The position numbers and the translations under genes were made by a program. From assembly GCA_963805995.1 (NCBI GenBank), contig CAWDWL010000007.1:544931-608930 (forward strand): a stretch of DNA of 64,000 nucleotides, in the 5' to 3' direction. The DNA is from an uncultured Pseudomonadota bacterium (lineage in GTDB: Bacteria; Desulfobacterota; Binatia; Binatales; Binataceae). The notes under the pieces were generated by a model. That model was not told the DNA's origin. It did no database searches and saw nothing but the letters and a program-made list of their open reading frames with translations. Shown here piece after piece: positions 58,105 to 64,000 of this stretch. Numbering within the stretch: position 1 is the stretch's first letter; every line of letters begins with the position of its first letter.

Positions 58105-59361
58105 ATGGCCATAGACCGAAATCGCCTCAAGTTCCTGATCGATGATATCGACGAGCTCTTCGAAAGCATTTCCGCGCCGCTGGGAGAGCGGCTGAGGGAG
58201 TGGATCAAGACCGCCCTGATGGGCCCCGCGTTCGCCGAGCTGCGCGAGTTCATCGAAGAAAGCCGCCCTCCGGTGTTGTTCCTGGCCGGCCGCAGCGGCC
58301 ACGGCAAATCCTCGGTAATCAACGCCCTGGCCGGGCGGAAAATCGCCGAGACCGGTCACGTCAGGCCCACGACTCCCGAAGCGCTGGCGCACCTGATCAC
58401 CTTTCCCGAACGCTTCGCCACCTGGCAGGTAATCGATTCACGGGGAATCTTCGAGACCTCGGCGCCCGGCGGCGCGCCGAGCCCCGACGCCACCCAGGCC
58501 TTGGGCGACGCGATGCTCAAGTATCGGCCCGACGTGGTCTTGCACATCATCTCGACTCCCGAGGTTCGCGCGCTTTCCAACGACCTGCGGGTGATGGCGG
58601 AAATCATGGACCGCCTGCGCGAGCAGACCGGCGGCGAGACTCCGCTGGTGGTGGTGCTCAGCAAACCCGATATCATCGGCAACCCGCGTCAATGGCCCCC
58701 GGAGCGCTACCCGCGCAAGGCGGCGCAAATCAAGGAGTGCCTCGACTATTTCATCGCTGATGGCCTGAAGATCGCCGCGGGCTACAAGCCCCTGGACCTC
58801 AACACGCCCTACCGCGGCTACGAGTTCGGTCCCAACGAGCGCAACGTGTTCTGCGTGGTGCCGGTTTTCGCCATGGAAGAGGAGCCGGCCTGGAACGTCG
58901 AGGTGCTGGTTCAGGCGATCGGCGACCGGCTGCCCAAAAGCGCGCGCCTGGATTTCTATCAGGCGCAGCAGCGCAAGGAATTCCTGCGCCGGCTCTCCGA
59001 TTCGGTGATCAAGCGGTTCGCCGCGATTGCGACCGCGGTAGGAACCTCGCCGATTCCAGTGTCGGACATCGTGGTCCTGACGCCCCTGCAATTGATGATG
59101 ATCGCGGTGATCGCGGGGTTATCGTGCCAACAACTTTCCGTGGGTTCGGCGACGCAATTCCTGACCGCCGCGGGAATCAACGTCAGCGGCGCGGTCGGGA
59201 TGCGCACCATCGCGCAACAACTGGTCAAGCTGATTCCGGGCGCCGGTCCCGCGGTTTCGGGCGGAATCGCCGGCGCCGGCACCTACGCCTTGGGCAAATC
59301 GGCGCAGAATTATTTCTTTTCCGGTGAGATCAGACCACCCGAGGAATTCAAGGAAGACTAG
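58105..59361 (+). CDS. GTP-binding protein (Era/YfjP-like G domain) fused to a C-terminal DUF697-like membrane-associated domain
   Basis: P-loop GRSGHGKSSVINAL, then the DxxG and NKxD-like (SKPD) regions. The C-terminal hydrophobic stretch is VVLTPLQLMMIAVIAGLSCQ...GGIAGAGTYALGKSAQNYF. Confidence 0.65.
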   Translation: MAIDRNRLKFLIDDIDELFESISAPLGERLREWIKTALMGPAFAELREFIEESRPPVLFLAGRSGHGKSSVINALAGRKIAETGHVRPTTPEALAHLITFPERFATWQVIDSRGIFETSAPGGAPSPDATQALGDAMLKYRPDVVLHIISTPEVRALSNDLRVMAEIMDRLREQTGGETPLVVVLSKPDIIGNPRQWPPERYPRKAAQIKECLDYFIADGLKIAAGYKPLDLNTPYRGYEFGPNERNVFCVVPVFAMEEEPAWNVEVLVQAIGDRLPKSARLDFYQAQQRKEFLRRLSDSVIKRFAAIATAVGTSPIPVSDIVVLTPLQLMMIAVIAGLSCQQLSVGSATQFLTAAGINVSGAVGMRTIAQQLVKLIPGAGPAVSGGIAGAGTYALGKSAQNYFFSGEIRPPEEFKED

Positions 59362-60243
59362 ATGGAACTGGGCAAGACCCTTGGGGTGATCTTCAATATC
59401 GAGGTGATGCGGGGAGGGCCGGCCGCGGACTTCGCGCGTCAGGTCGAAAAACTCGGATACAGCGCGTTGTGGTATGGCGAGGGGGTCAGCGGGCGCGACC
59501 CTTTCGTAATCGGCGGCCATCTGATGGCCAACACCGACCAGCTCATCATCGGGACCTGCATCGTCAACGTCTGGAAGCGCTCGGCGATCGCGATGGTCGG
59601 CGCGGCCAAGGGACTGGCCGAAATCTACGGCCCGCGCTTCGTTCTGGGCCTGGGCGTCAGTCATCAGCCTTACATGGAGCGCTATGGATTCAAGTACGAA
59701 AAGCCCCTTACCTACATGCGCGAATATCTGGCCCAGATGAAGGATACGCGTTACTTCGCGCCGCGTCCTGGTGAAGACCCGCCCATCCTGCTCGGCGCCG
59801 TACGTCCGAAGATGCTGGAACTCGCGGCCACCGCGGCCGATGGCGTCCTGCCGGCCAACTGCGGCGTCGAACTCATCGCCCGGGCGCGTGCCGCGGTGGG
59901 TCCCGATAAATTGGTCTGCGCCTCGGTAAGCGTGGTGTTCGAGAGCGACCCGGCGACGGCGCGTGCGGTCGCTCGCGAATTCATCAAGTTCTATCTGCGG
60001 CTGGAGAATTATCGGCGCAACTGGCGCATGTTCGGCTTCACCGACGCGGATTTCGCCGACGGCGGGAGCGATCGGCTGGTGGACACCCTCGTCGCCTGGG
60101 GCGATGAAACACGTATTCGCGAGCGCATCGATCAGCATTACGCGGCCGGGGCGAACCATGTTCTGATTTATCCAGTCCGCTCGGACGCCAGCATCTTCCT
60201 GCCCGAGCAGCGTACACTCGAGGCGCTGGCGCCCGCGCGTTGA
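59362..60243 (+). CDS. LLM-class F420-dependent oxidoreductase (TIGR03620-like)
   Basis: A pattern of about 290 aa, LGYSALWYGEG...GLGVSH, typical of the short F420-dependent LLM subfamily. AAGGAAGAC RBS, and the stop of the GTPase gene directly abuts its ATG. Confidence 0.75.
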   Translation: MELGKTLGVIFNIEVMRGGPAADFARQVEKLGYSALWYGEGVSGRDPFVIGGHLMANTDQLIIGTCIVNVWKRSAIAMVGAAKGLAEIYGPRFVLGLGVSHQPYMERYGFKYEKPLTYMREYLAQMKDTRYFAPRPGEDPPILLGAVRPKMLELAATAADGVLPANCGVELIARARAAVGPDKLVCASVSVVFESDPATARAVAREFIKFYLRLENYRRNWRMFGFTDADFADGGSDRLVDTLVAWGDETRIRERIDQHYAAGANHVLIYPVRSDASIFLPEQRTLEALAPAR

Positions 60244-60289
60244 CGAGAGGCTTGTCAGCCTGTCACTAAGTTTCTACATTGCGTGAGTG

Positions 60290-60440
60290 TGTCATCCTGA
60301 GCCGGCGAGCAACGCCAGTCGTGTCGAAGGATCTAAGCGGAGCGATTTGCCTGGAGCGGCAGAACAAAGAAAGAATCGCTTTGCGTGGATCCTTCGGCGC
60401 CGGCAGCCGGCGCTCAGGATGACTTTAGGAGCGGGCCTTC
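60290..60440. repeat. Long imperfect inverted repeat / hairpin element (arms of about 55 nt: GTCATCCTGAGC..GAAGGATC..AGCGATT / AATCGCT..GATCCTTC..GCTCAGGATGAC) in a 680-bp intergenic region
   Basis: Read directly. ORF 60287..60541 over it is judged spurious. It could be a structured ncRNA, a REP/MITE-like element or a regulatory hairpin. Confidence 0.45.
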
Positions 60441-60920
60441 AGCTCGCGCCGACTTTCCACCAACTTTGCCGGTGTAGCCGAAGGACTCCCTGCGCATCTA
60501 CTCGTGGCTCAGTTCACGGCAGCCTTCTGAGCGTCTGCTGAACAATCGACCAATCGTTCATAACGAACGCTCAGTTTTTCTTGACTTGACCGGGATCGTC
60601 GGGTACGAGTTGAGCTTGCGCGGAGGGATCGACGATCGGCGTGCCTGGGGAAGATCGCCATGGTGGACTGGTCGTGGAACAATTCAAAGGACGTTTGGGG
60701 CTTTGCGTCACCTGCCTTGATTAAGAAACCGGTGCGACTCTCAGCCACCCCGCCGCGCCTGCATCTATTTGGTTTGGACGGGTGTCCGGCGTTTCCCGTC
60801 GGGTCTGAAAAGAGACCTTAACAGGATACCGGCAAAAGCGCCTGGGGAGGCGGGTAAGATTCAGTGTCCGCCGCATGAATCCATGCATGTGAATGAAATC
60901 CATTGGGAACGGTATTGGAT

Positions 60921-62279
60921 ATGAGAAAGCGGTACAGCGGGATCATCGGTGCGATGTTGCTGGCGTTGGCGATGGCGGGCGTTGCGAACGCCCAGTTGTC
61001 ATACAGCGATGCCACCTATACTTCGATGGCTGACGCGAGTTCGAGCGCGTCGATACCGCCGGGCACCACCATAACCTTGCAAAACTGGCAGCAGTACAAG
61101 CAGTTCATGCCGGCGTCTCTGTTGGCCGGTTACGGTCAGCAATATGGCTGGAAGATCGGATCCGACCCGCGCTACGCGATCGTAGTCGGACCCACGATCC
61201 AGGAGCAGCCGTTCAAGCAGCTTCGCGAGAATACCGAAAAGTACGCCGGGCAGACCCGACTGAAGAAGATCGCGACCGGCGGTTATACTATTGAGGGTTA
61301 CGTTGCCGGGGTACCTTTCCCAAAGCCGTCCGGAGAGCTCAAGCCTTACCAGGTCTTCTACAATGTTTGGACCTACTACTTCCCGTCCTACTCCTATTTT
61401 GACGACATCAGTTGCCAGATCGATCGCTTTCACAACCTGTTTCCGCAGGGCGTGGATGTTCAGCAATGGCGGATGAGTCACACCAGCGATGAAGGTTTTC
61501 CCACCAATCCGGACTATGGCAAGGGTATCCTGCAGGCCAGCCGCTATCTGGTGAAGTTCCCCGAGCAGACCAAGTACACCACCCAGCTTGCGCATCTGCC
61601 CGACGACCCGGAGAAGCTGCAGGAAGTGTACGTTTTCCTGCCCTCGCTGCGGCGTTCGCTGCGCTTGTCCTCGGCGGCGCGATGCTCGCCGATTCTGGGC
61701 AGCGACTGGACCCAGGACGACAATGGCGACGGGATGTTCCTGCAGCCCGCCAACTTTTCCATGAAACTGCTGGGAGAGAAAAAAGTCATCGCCTTGATGC
61801 ATGCCGATGCCAATAACATGTACGGCGGCAATTCCCGCGGCGGCGAGAAGCTCTACGACCGGGTGGGCATGGCCGGCTGGCCGGCACCGGCGGTAGGCAA
61901 GTGGGAACTGCGCGACGCGTATGTGCTCGACGTGGTGCCGCTGCCGGTAATGAGCGGCGGCTACTGCTACGGGCACAAGATCATTTTTGTGGACAAGGAG
62001 AGCTTCGTCCAGCTCTACTTCGACAATTACGACCCGTCCGGAAAGCTCTACAAGACCGAACTCATGTACTACCGGCCGCTCGAAGTCACCGACACCGAGA
62101 AGTACTGGGTTCGCGCCCACCAGCCCGAGGTAATGATGGATTGGCAAAATACGCATGCCACGACTTCATTGCTCGAACATGCACCGATACTCAATAAGAA
62201 GTGCATCGCTCTGGGCGATTCGTGCGCGAACGTTAGTACCTACGCATTTCCCGCGGGCTTGACGACGATCATGAAGTAG
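60921..62279 (+). CDS. DUF1329 domain protein (secreted, LolA-like fold family)
   Basis: A signal peptide (MRKRYSGIIGAMLLALAMAGVANA), and the size and Tyr/Trp-rich pattern typical of DUF1329. ATG at 60921; the track's TTG at 60903 is rejected. Confidence 0.65.
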   Translation: MRKRYSGIIGAMLLALAMAGVANAQLSYSDATYTSMADASSSASIPPGTTITLQNWQQYKQFMPASLLAGYGQQYGWKIGSDPRYAIVVGPTIQEQPFKQLRENTEKYAGQTRLKKIATGGYTIEGYVAGVPFPKPSGELKPYQVFYNVWTYYFPSYSYFDDISCQIDRFHNLFPQGVDVQQWRMSHTSDEGFPTNPDYGKGILQASRYLVKFPEQTKYTTQLAHLPDDPEKLQEVYVFLPSLRRSLRLSSAARCSPILGSDWTQDDNGDGMFLQPANFSMKLLGEKKVIALMHADANNMYGGNSRGGEKLYDRVGMAGWPAPAVGKWELRDAYVLDVVPLPVMSGGYCYGHKIIFVDKESFVQLYFDNYDPSGKLYKTELMYYRPLEVTDTEKYWVRAHQPEVMMDWQNTHATTSLLEHAPILNKKCIALGDSCANVSTYAFPAGLTTIMK

Positions 62280-62484
62280 GGATTGGGTCCGGACAAAGCT
62301 GCGGAACAACTGGACTTCTAAAAGGGACGTAGTTCCTCGTTTATGTGCTTGGCGTGCGACGGGGAGACCGGTTCGATGAGTTTCAACGGGACGCGAGTTT
62401 GTAGTATCGCAATCGAATTTGTAATGTTGAAACGAAAAGGACCATGGCCGCCGCAGCCGCGCGGCGCGGTTGAAGGAGATCCGG

Positions 62485-62865
62485 ATGCCGACCGAGAAAG
62501 AAATGATTCGTGCGGTTCATGACTACGTCGCCGCGTTCGAGAAGAACGACTCGGAATTGGCGGTCGCGCTCTTCGCTGAGAACGCAACCGTCGAAGATCC
62601 GGTTGGATCGCCAATTCTAAAGGGACGTGCCGCGATCCGGGATTTCTACGCCCGAGTTATGGCGCGGGGGGCCAAGCTGCGACTCGAAGGGGCGGTCCGC
62701 GCGGGCGCCAACTATGCTGCGTTCGCGTTTTCGGCTCTGATGGACCCAAGCGGTGAAAAAAGGATCGAGGTCATCGACACCTTTCGCTTCGACGATCAGG
62801 GAAAGGTGGTCGAGATGCGCGCCTTCTGGGGACCCGGAAACACGCATGGGCTCAAAGCGACTTGA
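62485..62865 (+). CDS. NTF2-like / SnoaL-like (ketosteroid-isomerase-like) protein
   Basis: A 126-aa protein with an NTF2-like pattern (VHDYVAAFEKNDSELAVALFAENATVEDPVGSP..). GAAGGAG RBS upstream of the ATG at 62485. Confidence 0.7.
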   Translation: MPTEKEMIRAVHDYVAAFEKNDSELAVALFAENATVEDPVGSPILKGRAAIRDFYARVMARGAKLRLEGAVRAGANYAAFAFSALMDPSGEKRIEVIDTFRFDDQGKVVEMRAFWGPGNTHGLKAT

Positions 62866-63274
62866 ACGCAGGCCGGGCCAGATTCGGGTCCGCTCGGGCG
62901 ATTCATGCCTGAGCGTCACTATTCTGCGCGTTCCCTGCGGGCTTTGACGATCATGAAGTGGGCTGTGGCTTGAGGAAGGCTGCGGGCGGCCCTGGCCCCC
63001 GTGCGCAGAACACTACACGCCAGGGAGGAGCAAAAAGATTTTAACCCGGATTTCCGTTCTCCCTGGGAAAGGGTCATTTTCGGGCGTTACGCGCTCGCCG
63101 GAGGCGAAACCGGCCCCTTTCGGCGCCGCTGGGAGAACCGTCGACCAATACCGGGCGAAGCCCTTGCAGAGAGAGGTCGTCCGGCCTATATGCGAGTTGG
63201 AACAGGAGAGTCAAAACGGAAATTCCGGATAAAGCAGTCACTGGCTCGTTTCATGTCCAGAGGAAATAGCTCAC

Positions 63275-63850
63275 ATGGAAAAGATCTCACAGTATGCAGG
63301 GAATCTTCTGAATCACGTCGAGACCTTGTATCGCCCTGGCGAACGCGACATCGCTATACAACTTGCCGAGGCACTCGGCTGCACGATAACGGACACCGGC
63401 TTTAAGGGGGACGGTCACGAGACATTTCTGGCCGTTCATCCTAACCCGAACGATTTAAATCCGCAGAACAATGCTTTTTACATGTCGCCAATGCGGCCGG
63501 AACAACAGGCGCTTGAAGATCACCTAAGGCGGTTAAGCGGCGATGACCGCGACCTGCGAACGAAGCTGGAAGCGTATCGAATGACCGCTCGCACCAAGCC
63601 CTTTGGCGTACCCCACTTCGCGCTGCGCTATACGTCAGGAAAGGCAGTCCAGGAAGTTGCCGATCGTGTTAATGCAGTGTTATCGCAAAGGCTTGGTGAT
63701 CGCTTGCATGTTCGAGTCTTTCGGCCTGGCGACGCTGACGCTGCGGTCGACGAGCTTGTGCAAGGATTTGTCTACCAGGATGTAATCGTATCTGGCGCCT
63801 TTCTTTACGGGCAGTTGATAGAACTGCAGAGTCAGCCGCTTCACACGTAG
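63275..63850 (+). CDS. Hypothetical protein (191 aa)
   Basis: An ATG start and an ORF with moderately lower GC (about 52%). I recognise no family. Confidence 0.45.
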   Translation: MEKISQYAGNLLNHVETLYRPGERDIAIQLAEALGCTITDTGFKGDGHETFLAVHPNPNDLNPQNNAFYMSPMRPEQQALEDHLRRLSGDDRDLRTKLEAYRMTARTKPFGVPHFALRYTSGKAVQEVADRVNAVLSQRLGDRLHVRVFRPGDADAAVDELVQGFVYQDVIVSGAFLYGQLIELQSQPLHT

Positions 63851-63960
63851 CTTAGCGGCCAAGTCGGGCCGCTGGCTTCTCTGCGGATATTCATCGCCGC
63901 CGGGCTGACTGGGCTATGAAGTAGTGAATCCCCGTTTAAGGAGCATTCTCCTTTTAGCTC

Positions 63961-64000
63961 GAAGAGCGTAGCTTGTTCCCTCGCCCACGTTGGTTAGAGA
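63961..64000. repeat. Partial copy of the family A repeat motif (GTTCCCTCGCCCAC...) at the window edge
   Basis: Matches the internal GTTCCCTCGCCCACATTCAGTTGTGGGAGAGGGC segment of the family A elements. Confidence 0.3.

Noticed and set aside
60287-60541. 84-aa ORF over the long hairpin element
   Set aside because: It is composed of the two arms of an inverted repeat, with no RBS and low-complexity translation.

Overview
This is a high-GC (about 65%) bacterial chromosomal segment with roughly 55 protein-coding genes, most of them housekeeping or catabolic. It begins with two tandem RND efflux permeases of the MdtB/MdtC type. A catabolic cluster follows: D-aminoacylase, amidohydrolase-2, three LLM flavin oxidoreductases, a CaiB/BaiF CoA-transferase, an acetoacetate-decarboxylase-like protein, glutaryl-CoA dehydrogenase and a LysR regulator. 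Housekeeping genes include pyrF, cinA, pgpA, ruvX, mltG, nadK, recN and pyruvate kinase. A complete MoxR-DUF58-BatA-VWA operon is present.

Several accessory or unusual features stand out:

1. A low-GC (about 45%) island of roughly 2.9 kb carries a GmrSD-type (DUF262-DUF1524) type IV restriction gene with an apparent frameshift. It sits in the 3' end of the CoA-transferase gene and is bounded by a 195-bp perfect direct repeat of that gene's 3' end, with divergent flanks on both sides. That is the classic signature of site-specific integration, but no integrase is present. A ParD/ParE toxin-antitoxin pair lies immediately beside it.

2. Two families of MITE-like dispersed repeats were found. 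Family A is about 280-330 bp with 16-bp terminal inverted repeats (GAGACTGTCGAYAAAC). It occurs as two copies in inverted orientation bracketing a 6.6-kb segment, and a partial copy appears at the window end. Family B is about 150 bp with terminal inverted repeats GCGGAAAAAGGATTTC and a perfect palindromic core. It has three copies.

3. The 6.6-kb segment bracketed by family A contains a near-consensus sigma-54 promoter upstream of a 129-aa hypothetical gene. This is followed by a DUF882 peptidase gene and a sigma-54 enhancer-binding protein.

4. An SNF2-family helicase is translationally coupled to a 392-aa protein with a C-terminal Cys-rich zinc ribbon. Immediately downstream is a decayed Fic-family toxin gene with a small upstream antitoxin-like ORF.

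5. A long imperfect hairpin element lies in a 680-bp intergenic gap.

The high GC content generates many spurious antisense ORFs in the six-frame track. I ignored them.
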